Part shown: positions 39,350-53,954 of the stretch, piece by piece | Position numbering within the stretch: the first letter of the stretch is position 1 | Layout of the letters: every line of letters starts with the position of its first letter | Source: Owenia fusiformis | Lineage: Eukaryota | DNA length: 64,000 nt | Assembly (NCBI GenBank): GCA_903813345.2 | Contig: CAIIXF020000001.1 | Span: 11,966,001-12,030,000 of the forward strand | Reading direction: 5' to 3' | Position numbers and translations under genes: made by a program | The notes under the pieces: model-generated | Told to the model about the DNA's origin: nothing | Databases searched by the model: none | The model's input: only the letters and a program-made list of their open reading frames with translations

Positions 39350-40630
39350 AATTAGAGATATCACGGAATAGAAAAAGATTGGAAAGGCTCTGTTCGAAAC
39401 ATTTGGTTTCGGAGAGGAATAATTTCAGGATGGTTCTGTACAGAGTGACTGCCTGTATTAGAACAACGGCAACGCCAAAGCGTAGCGAATCCCATCAAAC
39501 AGAAATGGCTGGCATTTTTACAAACGAAGCGCAAATATCATACAAAAAAAGACACCAGAAAGGCCACCATTTTCAAAATGGTTGCTCACTAGCCAAGTTG
39601 TCATCAGAAGAAATAATATGCTTTTAAGTAGCCACCTCTAAAATTTTTGAAAAATCGCACATGTACTTGTAAAATAACACACATAAAAATGGTGGCCATT
39701 TTGAAAAATGGCCGACTACTCCCCAAAGTTTTATTAGACAATGTGCCATGCTTAAAGTATTCACATATCAAATATGAACAAAATCGCTCCACTACTTTTC
39801 GAGTTATAGTAAAATACGTTAAAATGGCGGCCATTTTTCACAATGGCCACCTTCTACCAAAAGCGTCATTAGAAATAGACAGTGTGCCATGCTTATAGTA
39901 TTCATATACCAAATATGAACAAAATCACTCCACTACTTTTCGAATTATAGTGAAATACGTTAAAATGGCGGCCATTTTTCAAAATTGTTTTCAAAATGGC
40001 CGCCTTATACCAAAAGTGTCATAGGACAGTGTGCCATGCTTAAAGTATTCACATACCAAATATGAACAAAATAGCTCCACTACTTTTCGAGTTATTGTAA
40101 AATACATTAAAATGGCGGCCATTTTTCAAAATGGCTGCCTTCTACCAAAAGTGTCTTTAGACAGTGTGCAATGCTTATAGTATTCACATACCAAATATGA
40201 ACAAAATCGCTCCACTATTTTTTGAGTTACAGCAAAAATCGTAAAATGACGAGTAAAGGCCGCCATTTTTCAAGATGGCTGCCATGTGCTTCTTTAATAT
40301 CTACATTTGTAGCATTATTAATGTCCTTTATAATTTTTTTACATTTAAAACATATTGCTATTGCAGTTTTACATATTGCACCTAAATTTCTGTAAAATCG
40401 TCACTAAATGGCCGCCATTTTGAAATGAGTGGCCATTTTGAAAATCGGCTTTCGAGCAGAACTTCTACCCCCATAGGGTGTATGTGTACAAAATATGAAC
40501 AAAATCGGGCCAACGGTATTTGAGTTATTGCCCGGACGGACGGACGTACGGACGGACAGACGGACGGACGGACGGACGGACGGACGGAGGCATCCCCTAT
40601 ATCCCTCCGAACTTCGTTCGATGGGATAAT
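39350..40630 (+). mobile_element. Family B HINE/pearl-like element with internal tandem core repeats
   Basis: About four 125-150 bp cores (AAAATGGCGGCCATTTT...GACAGTGTGCCATGCTTA.AGTATTCACATACCAAATATGAACAAAATCGCTCCACTACTTTTCGAGTTA), (GGAC)n at 40534-40588 and terminal hairpin ATCCCTCCGAACTTCGTTCGATGGGAT. Confidence 0.8.
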
Positions 40631-43056
40631 AAGTCGATCTATATCTTCAATGAGAAGGAGTGAAAAAATATACTTTTGAATTTTGGCCATTTTTGGGCCA
40701 AAGTTGTCAAAAGTGAACACCCCTGGAATTTTTAAAAAGTGAGCCCCCTTGGCAAATCCTGGGAAAGGGCCTAATAAATGCAGTTTTTATTCATCCATAA
40801 TAATATTTTATCAACCCCTGTGTCCTACTGCAGCTGTAAATATATATTTTTTGAATAAACATCATTTCAGAACAAATAAAATAATACAGAAAATATACGA
40901 CTTTATCAAATAACACAAGTTGAGCAATGAAGAGTATGTTTTAAGATACATGTATGACTGATGATAAGTGAATATACTCCAAAATCTACTAAAGCTACTA
41001 ATCACAGCAATTATGGTGTTATTTGAGCCATAATCACCAAGTAATCTGGTAACTCTATAGGAATTTATATCCCAGTGACATTCTCCCATGTTTAACTGTC
41101 ACTCTACATGATCTGTCATCGTGCATTTTTTCTAAAAAAACAGAAAGAATTGTTTCGTTTTCTTATACTTCTTGCAATTAAAAATGTCAATGTCAGATCC
41201 ATTTGCTTTATTCTGTGATAATTCTATATATTATTGCTCTATTCTGTATTTAGAAAATAATTTCCTGTTGTTTCATTTACAGATTGTGTGACCTCTTTGG
41301 GCAAGAGGACAACCATGTTGCCTTGTGGATCTATCAACTTTGCACCAGTTGCCTCCCTGGGTTAACCCTTAAAACCACCATTAAGCATGTCAAGAACTTT
41401 CATAGTAAATAAATACTGCAATTTTTAATTTGCAACAAGTTTAGAGATCAATTTTCTTGGAATGAACATATCTTGTTACTTTAACCCTTATCGTTTAAAA
41501 ATTTTTTTTAGAAAAAATGTGTAACAAGTGGAAAATATATATTTGCACCAAGTGGGAAATCACAAAATTATTGGGATATTTTGTTCTGTTTTAGACATTA
41601 AATTCAATTCAGAAAATGTAAAATGAGAACATTGCACTAGTTTCAGAACGTACCTAGGGAAACACTGAACACGGTTTTGCTTTGACAGAACAAATTAAAA
41701 CATTCCTTGTGTTTAGACTCTGTGGAGCAGGCTGATTATTTAGCAACAAAAAATACAAACAAAGAATGTCTGTCAACTTTTTCATACTTATTCGCAATGT
41801 TACTCTATGTATTTGCCCCATCAACAGCAACGTATCTGGTTTCATTGTTATTTCAGGTTTTTTGGAATTGTACAAATCAAACAAGGTGACATTTTGATAC
41901 TCATCACATCTTTTCTGTTTTCAATATATCAAGAAAGGAACAGATAGAGGGGTAATATTAGGGGTATGATCTCTCATGAAGTCTCTTACACCTATTTTCC
42001 AATCCAGTTTTTGCCTTATATACAGGCCCGATTCAGGGGAGATCTGGGGGTCCCAGCCTCCCCCCAGCCACAAATTTTTCAAAATCATGCAGTTTTCACC
42101 ATTCTGAGCACTTTTCAAATGATTTTGGGCCAACATTAAATGTAAACCTCCTTGGAACATCCTGATATGTATTTTCTTTATTTGTGAATATGTCTGTAAT
42201 GCTTAGTAGGGCGATTGCCATTATAACATTTTGTTAATTTTGACATATTTTTTTCAAATGTTACATAAATATAACTGATTTTTATTCATGGAATATATGT
42301 GTATTGATAAAAAAATTAGGAGAACCACAAAAATTTAAAAAACAAAAAAACATATGTTTTCTGATTATCTATAAATGAGCATTGACGTATGAGGATACGA
42401 TTTGTTAGTTATATAAATATTCACTTAGTCCATCTACCCAACAGCATCAGCGGGATCTGGTAAGTGGAATAAAGCAGGTATTAGCTCATGTTACCCAGAT
42501 ATAGTAAGTAAGAATATTGCTAAGTGTTAATGGAGAAGTGCCATGTGTACAAAACACAGGCCCATTAACCCACTATATACCAACTACAACAAACATTGGC
42601 AGATCTTACATGGCCTGCTATCTACTTTCCATAGCAACCTGTGCTTAATTCTCCCTTAGATACACAAACAGACAACATATTCCCCCTTTAATCAGCCTCT
42701 ACTTCAAAAATACAATTACAAGATTATGTAACACAAATTTTTGTTTGCATTCAGATTATTGCAAATATGAGATACATATATCCATTATGTAGTCTTAAAC
42801 TGATATTTTAGAGATGAAATAAGCTGATATATTCAAAGCTTTATTTCTAAAAAGGTATCTATAACTACCAAAAATACTTATGTTGAACATGATTGAAAAA
42901 TCAGTTAACAATTGTTTCTTCACTTTAAAAGCCTTGTTTTGAAAATAAGCTCTCAAAGTGTAGAATATCAGAAGTTAAATGGTTAAGTGCTCATTTTAAA
43001 GATTTCACTTTATCATAAAACAGAAATGATGAATGACTGAAGCTCTGAGACATGAT

Positions 43057-43070
43057 GTTGCTATAGTAAC
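43057..43070. promoter_or_regulatory. RFX X-box consensus GTTGCTATAGTAAC in the large Gli 5' intron
   Basis: Near-palindromic canonical X-box; motif match only. Confidence 0.35.
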
Positions 43071-44165
43071 GGGAATATTTGATACATTCACTACATCTTT
43101 TGGGAAATCCTGGTACAGTAACAAAACAATATACTGTACAAAAGCATATATGACAAAAACAGTAATGAAAAAATATATATTTTCCTCCAAAAAAAATCTT
43201 TTAAATTTTCACTTTATTGTAAAAATTGTTGGATATTAAGCTATTTGTTGAAGGCAACATGACACACATATGTTTCTAATAATCTTGAAAATCTGTGATT
43301 TACTTCAAATGTAATCTTGTTAGACCAGAAATCTACAAGAAAACATACCTAATAACCTGTGCATGATGCCACTGGATATATAGACTGACAGAACAGTAAT
43401 AAACATCGTGACATCTTATACTTCTCAAGGCAGGTTGGAAAACTGAATCTAATATATTAAGTCGACTGACTGAAGTCATATTTTCAAAAATAAACTTTAT
43501 ATTTAATATGTATTCTCGAAAGAAAAAAACATCGACTTAGTAAATATAATCTCAACATCAGCACGATAACTCCAAAAATATATTCTTGTCAGCTGGTTGA
43601 CTGATTTTCCCATTCTCAAGATATATTCTAGATAATGCTTTTAAAAAGAATTAGCAACATCACTGAAATATATCAAATACCCCCTTTACATATTTGGAGA
43701 AATAGGGAAAAAATCAAAATGCATTTTAGACAATCTTAAGAATATGTTATAAGAAGTGAGAATATGGGAAGGGGAGTAACGGCTCACTGACACCCCAGAC
43801 AAGAAACATAAATGTTATTATACAACACCATGGTAACAAAATAATCAAATAGGTCTAAGTTTATATGAGACCAAGTGGAAATGTATGTTATTTGAGTGAC
43901 ATATTTGGGGTTCCAATTACAATGTTAATCTGTTCTGTAGACCACAATTAAACAGCAAGATTTAGGAACATATTTAAAGTGTCACTGAGCCATAACTGTA
44001 ATTTTCTTGATTTAACATTTCCTCTTTTGTATATATACTTCTTAGTTTCTTAACTGTATGTAGAAATAAAAAAGTAACTTTTAGACTTAAAACACATACC
44101 TGGTTTTGTGATAAAATATGCTTCTAGATATTTTGAAGAAATTATTTCTTATTTAAAACAATATA

Positions 44166-44604
44166 CAGTAAAACCTGTCTAATCCAAATGCCTATGGGAC
44201 CAGCCAAAAGCGTTCAAATTGGCAGGTGTTCAAATTTCAAAGTTTTTGTTGGTCTGGGGGGATTTTTATTTAAAACTGTATTTTTTAGGAGGCATTTCAG
44301 TTACTATATAGGCTATTATGAAGTTGAATTTTTCTCTTTCTCTTTGATTACATTGTATATGTAAAGATAAATAACAACTATAACATTGACTCAATGTGTG
44401 ACATTTGATTTCTGATAAAAAATGTTCAGATTAGACAGGTCAGTTTTTCAAATCTGGTTGTTCACTGTTCAGATTAGGAGGTGTTCAGATTTCAAGTTTT
44501 TTTTAACATGGGAGTCAGGGGAGGAAAAAATGGGACTGAAAAAAAAGTGTTCAAGTAAGAAGGTGTTCGGATTAGCCAGGTGTTCAGATATACAGGTTTT
44601 ACTG
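44166..44604. mobile_element. MITE with CAGTAAAACCTGT / ACAGGTTTTACTG TIRs
   Basis: 13-bp perfect TIR, TA at the left flank, subterminal GGTGTTC(A/G)GATTAG repeats. Confidence 0.75.
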
Positions 44605-47600
44605 TTCTAACACTTAAAAAACTTAAATATGGAATGTATAATGATATGACAAAAATAAGAACTCTGTTTGTTCAAGGTTTATTACTAACTTGATTTTTTA
44701 TAAATCGCTTACCATTTTCATTTGGTATAATGGTTGTCTCCTTGGGATCCATATAATCCTTTTCTTTCTTGATCATACGCTCAGCGGTCTGGGTCTCCAT
44801 GACAACACTAAGGTAGCATCACACTGGAAATATAATTTTAAAATATTTATAACAATTATGACAAACAGCGCATATGCACATTTTGTGAGTTTACTGTAGT
44901 GACTTATATGTCATTGTAATGACATCAGAGAGTCAATAAAAGATATACATATTTGAATATAAGTCACTCAAAGCACCAACGTGTCTGGATATATCATCTT
45001 CAAAATATACAGACTCTGGCAGCTACAATGTCTCCTACGCTGATGTCAAGAGGCTAGTAGTGATGAATTTCTCTTTTGAATTAAAAACTCTTAAAAAAAG
45101 AAACTTGCCCCCAGCTTTGACAATATTTTACATATCCTTTCTTATAAATCATATCTCAGAGTCAAAATTGTTGATTTTAAATTTAAACGTTTTCAAAAAA
45201 TGTCTAAATGGTAAAAATAGTTTTTGGTTTTGTATCATGTTTAGGTTCGAAAGCATATAGTTCTGAGAATATGTGTTTCTTGAGATAATCATATGAGTAA
45301 ATAACTAGATACAAATTGTGCAATTAAACTTAGTATAGGTTAATAATATTTACTAATAGTTATTCATTGCAGCATAAATGTTCTTCTTTATTACTTCATA
45401 TATACTATATATCATCACTCTATCTATTCTGTTCACTTACTCAAACTTCATCGAAATGATTTTCTGTAATTATGGTTTTCAATGGATGAAGAAATACCAC
45501 AAAACTGTCTCATACTTCAAGTTAAATCTAAACCTTTCCCATTATTATCGGTGTAAATGATTTTTTTACTTGCATCCCAAGTACCACTCTCTAGCATGGT
45601 TGTAACCACATAGAAACTAAAGCATAATGTATCACCATATCTTCTTTAATGAGCACATCCTAGGAATTCTGGTTATCCAAATTGCTTTTATTGGGGACTG
45701 GCATCATTTAACCTATAAACTCTTACAAGCATTTATTCGATTCAATCTCCTTCAAAACTGAACTTGCGATTGGATATCCGTGATCTTATGAACGCATCTT
45801 GTAGATAAGTTCCCTCACAGGTTGGAAGCATTCCCAAATAAACAGGGCTTCCCTACAAGTGCTGTTCAACTAATTATACCATTATGGAACATCCAAAGAA
45901 ACAACGCTAAGACAACAACCAAGCATAGCTTACATCAGATTGAGGTGCCATAGAGAATTCTAAAAAAGATATTTTTAGCACTTTGATATCTTAGTCCTGT
46001 TTGAGAACCTGTTCTAGAATATAAGCAATTAATCTTGTGCTTATCTTATGAGGGAGCTGGGAGACCAAAGCAGGCAAAAGGTCCTGATATTTTCAAACAA
46101 ATGTGAAACCAAAATACGGAATCAGAAAATGTATCAATAGGTGGCGTATTTATATGTCATTTTATAGATTGTTATACCTATCATATTTAGTTTCAAGTTC
46201 TTTTGAAAGATACTGTAGAATGTAAATTATCATAAATATATTATCTCTTTAAATATAATTATCATAAATAACTCCTACCACCAGAATTCTTCAGACTGAC
46301 ATTCCTTTCACAAGTTTAAACTTTGTTTTTAATATTTCTCATTTGACTCACATCCCCAGCAGGATTTTCAACATGTCTTATCTCCCCTATATCTCTATAG
46401 TTCTTCTGAAACAATTTGTCAGAAATATAATATTTGCACAAATAAATACCTTACCATTGAGGTTCTTTAGATCAATTTCTACATTCCATTCCATTAACAT
46501 TCTCTTGAAAAGAATTCCATGCTGATAATGTCTTCAATTCCAGAGGTGTTAGAAATGGTAAGATTTACATAGATTAAAATAAAAGGGTTTAAGTTAAGAA
46601 ACCAACTTTGAAAGACATGCAAAATTGAGACTTTTCATAAAAGAGAAACAGTCAATAATAAGCGTGAACAGAATTTCACTTTAAAGGATAGGTATCTAAC
46701 ATACATCATCACCTTATCAGGGCCTTTATCAGCTGCTTATGTATAGCATAAGGCACAAGCAAAATTATTTTCTGAACCTCAAAAAATGCAGGGATCAAGA
46801 TATGTTGAAAAATGTTTAGACTAAACAAATCAAATGTTTCGTTGAAACAGTCTCAAAGCCTATACTGAGGGGAACACCATTAGATCATAAAAGACTCATT
46901 CAATGAAGGATTTTTTTTAAATGGCGTCAGGTCTGAGACACAAAATATATTCTGCAAGTTAATTATTATTTAGATCCTGAATCATGTTTACAAAAATGTA
47001 TTTTTAATAAGACAGGCAAAAACATTTTTGGTTTAGTCATGCTCATAAAAAATGGTTTCATTGAATAAAAAAGATTTGATCCCTATCAAAATCTAATGGT
47101 TCGCCAACCAATGTTAAGTGATACAACCCATTCTCAAAACAGCCCCATATGTCACAAACTTCTCTACTAAAGAAAGTACTCCATAGCATTGCATCAAGAG
47201 AATGTTTTGAAGTTGTTTTCTTTTTTCAAGATGTTATTTGTAAGTAGGCAATTAAACTAAAGAGTTTTAAATGAGTAAAATACAAAAACACAAATGTCAT
47301 GTAATTGATTGAAAGATAAACAAATTATCTATTTAATGTGTTCAATTTCATTGAAAAGCCATGGAATTGAGGAACAAAAACAATCAAAGACAATCCACTC
47401 TTCCCTGCCTCATCAAGAGAAATCATGGCCTTCTATTAGCTTCACTCATATATCAAGTTGAAGACAGAACGATGTGATGTCCCTGCCTAGGCTCCATATA
47501 AGTTAATAATGAAAGTCCCTTCCAAACCCACTTTACCCAAACTGTGTTGTCCTCCCAGACTGAATCTCACCATAACATTAATGTTTATTTCATCCCTTGG

Positions 47601-49424
47601 CACGTGACTTGTCTACGGTATTCCAAAGAAAACCAATGAGGCCTCAGTATGCTCCCTAAGTAAACCATGAGAAAATATTAGGATCCAATTTTCAAAGCTG
47701 TCTCTTCCACAGCAGCAAATAAACAAAGATTTACCTGGCAGAATTGATAGCTCTAAAATAGCTCAACATGAAGCAATACATGCAAAGGAGTCAGGTTGTC
47801 TTACATCCAGCAGTACATCCTACGTGGTTACACGGTAATCCAAGTTGACAAGAAAGCTACAACATCTAATCTCAAATGAAGATAAAAATGAGTTGAACTG
47901 CTATGGGATACATACCAGTAAGTTTGAAATATATTGGAAGCTATGTACCAGAAGGAATGTAAAGTGGGAAAATATAAGTTTTAACAACCTTATGCAAATC
48001 CAAACTCACTTTAGAAAGTTTCACTGCGCTGTTATCCTCCAATCAAAAAGTACTTAGTCCAAATTCTGTAATTTATTTTCATAAGATATGCTAATATAAA
48101 CATGTATATTTATCCTTTTAAATTCATATTCAGCCGGAAACAAGGTCCAAAATGATCACTTTGGAAATCATAAAAAATATGCCCATCTGTTGATCCGTAT
48201 TTAATCAATACCACTTCCACAAGAGCAAATGGGAAAATCCCCCTATGAAAACCATTGAAATTGTATCCAGTCTAAATCCTTGATCCTATCACTAGTGTTG
48301 TCCTTCTACACATCCTTTTCTGTTTTTTAGTCAACCTATTAGTATTAAATACATACTTTACCTAAGTTATTACTTGGAAAACACCAAAATTCACTTTGAA
48401 GTTTATCAACTATTTCTACAGCTTAAGTTATTGTATTTTTAAGATAAGATTTTATGCATTCTTTACATTGGCATAAAACCATTTGCCTTGACACTTTTGG
48501 CAAAATTAGTAAAAATGTCAAATTCAACGTACTTAACATTCTATTATGCCAAAATCAACATTCAATATTATAAAAGTGAAAATACTTAAGCAGTAAGCAA
48601 TCTACCAATATCCCATTATGATGCTAACAAACTTTCCCAGACAATGTTTGGCCTAGACTGCCAAGAGAACAAAACAAATCTGTGTTCCTGTAGGGTTTAT
48701 CTCATCGGTTTATTGGAAGCTAGGGGGTTATGTCATCCCCTGATAGTATAACTTAATTAGCTACAACTTAGTATATACTCAATCAACTAAAATTGCCTAA
48801 TTAAGTACAACTCCTCTGATTTAATTACAATAGGGTATCGTTGATAAAAAAGTTTAAAATATACTTGACTAAACAGTGAGTTATTCAGACCTCTAACTAT
48901 ACTACTTTTCATCCCTCATGCACAGTTATATGCAAATATGAATCACTATACTCTGAGAATCTTGCGCTTCATCTCCCCAATTTTACAAACAGAATTACTG
49001 CAATTGAGAATAAAAGAAGGGCCGTAACAGAACCAAATAAACCTATTTAGGCAACTAACTACTGGTAATAAATGCTACTCAAACTTCAAAGAAACAACTA
49101 AAGTTGTCCAAATCATATTTTTCCAGTACATTCATATATGCCAATCCTTAAAGATTGCCTGTTAAGTATGGCAACTAGATGAGTCTGATTTAGCACTTAC
49201 ACATGAAGACAATATTGATGTTATAATAGACAGGTATAGTGCTAAGGCCCTTATTGCTTTACCAACATCTACTTCAATATAAAGCCTGACATCAGTAAGA
49301 TACCAATTTCATTCTTGCACCACATCTCTGGTGAGCCCCTACTCTATTCTTTTATTATTCATATTAAGAAATTGGAAACATGAGTTTGATGCAAGACTAA
49401 GGCCAGTTGGCAACATTTCTATTC

Positions 49425-49540
49425 TGCTATCCCTCAAAGGAGATGTGTTCATGCCTTCCAAAGAAAAAAGTATCGGTCTCCCAAAGGAAAGGTATGTCTG
49501 CCTTCTAAAGGAGAACCTTACCTGCCTCCCAAAGGAGATT
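49425..49540. repeat. Degenerate tandem repeat of about 21 bp (TGCCT.CCAAAGGAGA...), about 5 copies
   Basis: Periodic CC.AAAGGA motif. Confidence 0.5.
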
Positions 49541-52500
49541 GCTATCAGAAGATGTGTATTTTATTCACATCATCCACTTTCTGAACCATAAAACTGATCT
49601 ACCAGAACTCAACTGGTAAACTCTGATTCTTGGATTTAAGTTTCATGCCTTTTTGATTGAGTGCTTGTGTTTCCAAATAATGATCAGGCTTAAGATTTAT
49701 AAAGTGAAATATCAAAGCTCAAGGTTTAAGACACCCGAGGGGAAGAAACTAGATGTCTACATGGTAACAAAGAGGCCAAGGTTTCTGGAGTAACACACAC
49801 CAAACAGATTGCTTAAAAGGAAGTACTTTTTTGAAACACTTCCTTGGAGGGAAGGAATACTTCTGAGTTGGTTTCCTGGAGCAGGATACAACACTATCTA
49901 TGGCAGACACAGTTTGAGGAACTTTGAAGAATTAAACACTGGATAGAGTTTCAACTTTTTCAATGAGTCATTCATGACAAATGACCTGATAACTGATTGT
50001 TGAGATATCAAGGTAGACCATTTATAAACAATTCTTGATCTGTTAAAGAATCAAGTTAGTGTATCTGTGATAAGAACAACTGGATCACAAACTTTTCTCC
50101 AAACTAATTGCTCAACTGTTTTTCGATGTTTAGAGCAATGTTAATACCTTAGGCTTTAACATATATAAATTGCAAAAAAGATTGTAGCATTAAAACAATG
50201 AGCGAAAAGATACATCTTTAATGGTTGCACCTGGGCTGCTAAATATGCCATAATCGCAATTGGAGCATTCCACCTTCCCGCCTCATTTTTCTCTGTGATT
50301 TGCTTCCCGGCTGAATCCATCCATAACTCAAACTAGGCTGAAATGAGCTCTGTATGGGTGTACTATAGAAACAAAGAGCAGTTGAAATAATAGCCCTTAG
50401 CTTCCATCAGATCTATGTTGCTGTTTTTCTTTACTCTGTTACACATGCTTGCTTGGAAACTATATTACAAAATGTTTGTGTTAGTTTGTTGAATAGAACC
50501 CCAGCTTCAGACCATGAACAGATGAGCAGTGTACGAGAGCCACTAAGCTAAAACTTATAGAGAGCAGGTTAAAAAGCTTTAATTAACATTACAGTCGACC
50601 AGTTTCTGGTTGGTTCATTGTGGCTCTGTTCCTGTATATACATCCTGTCTACGATTTATAAAAAAATAAATGTTTAAAAAACCTTCTGTGTATTTTACCT
50701 TCTGTTATACCCCTTCGTACAATTATATGAAATACCTTGATATATCAAGTTGATCAATATCAGTTATTTATTGATATGTATTATCATTATTACACTTATT
50801 TATGAATTTGTATGACTGATCATTTGTATTTGTGTTCATTGTTTGATAGGAGATATCTGGTTGAAAAACAACAAAAGTGGTAAGTGCTACTTTCTGATAT
50901 ATTCTGGATCCAACTGGGCACTAATTCCAAGTAATCCTTCAATAATCTCCTCAACCAACAAACTCTCCAGGAGTCAGATAGTTGGGATGACTCATTTAAT
51001 ATTATGCCATATATCTCATCAAACAACTCCACAAAACCTATGTTTACTCCTCACCCCATGGAGACACTATCAGACCTGACCAAATGGTTTTTTATTGGTC
51101 ATATTGAACTTAATATTTATTTAAAATTTGATTTGAAATGTTGGATTTTCTCATATTTTTACAAACCATAAATTAAGGTTTTTATCTAGTACCAGTCATG
51201 TTAATGATTTTTCCTTTTTAGTGCATTACTATTAAATAATGTTCGCCATGGAAACGTCTGATATTTCCTGACTAGGCCAGTTCCTGTATATAGACTGACA
51301 TACCTGTATGGGGCTTTCACAGTCTGTCAAATACCCAGTAGGAAAGGTTTATCTTCTATATCTTATCCAAGTTTATTTCGTGTTGAATTGTCCAACTTTA
51401 TCTTACCTTTTTAGCGAGTTTCCAGCACCGTGTAACATACCTTCACAATGTAATGTTCCTGTTCAATTCTAATCTTCATGTTCCTTAAGTTATATTTTAT
51501 TATTAAGTGGGCCTGGTCGGACTATTTTAGGACCTGTTGCACATATGGTACAAATTAATTGGCACCATCACTAATTTTACTTACCTACCTGAATTCATGC
51601 ACTCTGGCATATACAGTATATATATACCAAAGGAAGATCTCAGAGAAAAACTCTAAAAAAGACTATTCAATATTTATCTAAGGGCGACTTGGATCTATTT
51701 TCAATAAATCTAAACAAATATCAAAGATTTCGATTTTGCCTCATTTGGTCATATCTTACACACAGTCATGCTGACTAATACCTCACCTTTATTCCTATAA
51801 TTCATTGGATTTTTTCAGACAGTTTCTTTGACTTTGAATTAAAATATATTTTAGGCATGTTTTCTTTAATTCCCAGTGAAAAGACCAGATGTAGTACTAG
51901 GGATTATTTAATTGAAATGTAAGAGTGGGATTCAATGGTATAGCCAGTTTAAAGCCCCCGAGATGTGACTATGAATTCTAGAAAATACAACTTCAATACA
52001 TTTCAATCTTGAAAATGAAAATACAAAAATCTTTTCAGTATTGGTACGAAAATGAGATCAATATCTGAAGTGTTTCATAGATACTCATTTCTCACTAAAC
52101 ATTAATTTGTAACTTTTTAAAAACTTTTAAAGATTGAGTACCACATAGCGAGATACATTTACCAATATTTCAACAAGTAAATTAAAGACCAGACTTTTAT
52201 CTTCAAATAAAGAACATAGGCTGTATAACTATGTCACATAATGAATTATAAAATGATGAATTGTGAAAAGAAAATTTTGTGATTACAGCAGTGCTGTTAC
52301 AGAGTCCCATACACCCCAAAACACATCTGCTTGAAATTTATAAGAATCTGGGCTGTTTTTTCATGGGACCTACTAGGATATAATCTGGGAGGCAATTAAA
52401 TATGACAGATTGATAAATCTCTATATGAATTAATCAAGGAAGGTTAACACCTATCTCCCACCCATTCAAAAATATTGCTGCGGCATACTTCAAAATATGT

Positions 52501-53523
52501 GTAAAATTTGGAAATAAATAACAGACATGTCTGGCATATAGGAGTTATTCCTATTGCAAAGATGGATCACTCTATAAACCAGTGGCAAGGCTGGTCAATT
52601 AACCATACAAGGTAGAGGTGGTTTTAACAACTGAAGACAGCCTCCGGAAAATAATTAGATGAATCCTTCAAAATATAAAAACATGACCACTAAATTTGAT
52701 GTAGCATTTTACACCAAAATAAGGATGTATAATTTTGTCATTCTAACCTCATTATGTATCCAAGACATAGAAATATGTAAAGATATCGCCATTTGACAAA
52801 CTGCGTCCCTGACCACTAAACACAAGTTATTTCTACATCATTGAAAAAAGTTTATAATTTGCATATGGACCCACCAACCCTGAAAGCATTTTCTCACTGG
52901 TTTTCTGCCTTGGTAAACTAATGACCCTTAGCTTTGACTATTAACATTATAATCTCACTTGAACTGCTCTTGGGGTGTTATAAAGCAGGGGTCATAGTCA
53001 CAAAAGCTAACGGGGTGTACTAACCGGAGCCCTGGGGCATAGTAACACGCTGGTTGCTACACATACTGTTGGGCCTCAAATCTACTGAACCATTGTGAAC
53101 TACATTATTAGAATACTATAGCCCTGTGCATTATAATACTACTGGACACAAATAAGATGAAAATGAGGAGGAAGAAATGAGTGAGCTGTGTTCTTTCACA
53201 TGATCTACCCATTTTGATCTTTTGACACATTTTTGTCTGTATTGAGCACTGCATAATTCTGATAATCATAACTTTTTGATTTTTGAATGGCTACATTGAG
53301 AGACAGATCCTTTAGATAGATGAAACTAAACTTCAATTTTTCAAGACAAACGTCGGTGTTTCCACAAACCTCTTGTAAAGAATTACTTACTAGTTAATAA
53401 AAACATAGACATATAAAAGTATAGAAAATTATACCCTTAATGTCAGGGCTTTAATGCATTATTTAGATATAGATGATTAAAGAAGCAAAACCAAAACGGA
53501 TGTACATATCCCCTTAATTAATC

Positions 53524-53954
53524 AGATGCGAGTAGGTAGTTACCAGTTTCGCCACCAGGTGGCTGATTCGGGGGAAATAACATGGCAGGGTATTACAAAA
53601 TTCCCTTAATCTTGAATATACATCAGTTTAGTGGTTCACTTTTCATATTACCCTTATGTATCTGATAGTTATACAAATTGAAATATGTCCAGTAAAGGAA
53701 AATTTTATCTGCCCAACACAAGAAAAGATATTTCACTTTTTGTGATTTTACAACATGGGCTCTACGGGGAATCTCCCCGACCTAGAAGTCACATTTTCAA
53801 AGAAAATTAAAATTCAAAGTTGATAAACTCTTTTCAAAACCACATTTCTAGATGTAATTTTACATGTAGATTCCAAATATGGCGTCAGTTTGACGTATTT
53901 TTTTAATGTTTTAATTTTTAATGACTTAAATCAAGATTATTTCTACTCGCATCT
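53524..53954. mobile_element. TIR element AGATGCGAGTAG ... CTACTCGCATCT
   Basis: 12-bp perfect inverted termini about 430 bp apart. Confidence 0.6.

Noticed and set aside
41889-41909. C/D box snoRNA suggested by GTGATGA in the dispersed motif
   Set aside because: No consistent D box or terminal stem among copies, and copies occur in both orientations
49331-49591. ORF with LPKE-like repeats
   Set aside because: Produced by a degenerate 21-bp tandem repeat. The opposite-strand frames examined contain stops and there is no splice support.
51589-51598. Another possible Gli mini start exon (ATG AAT TCA G|GTAGGT, phase 1)
   Set aside because: Too short to distinguish from chance and no supporting promoter features; not excluded
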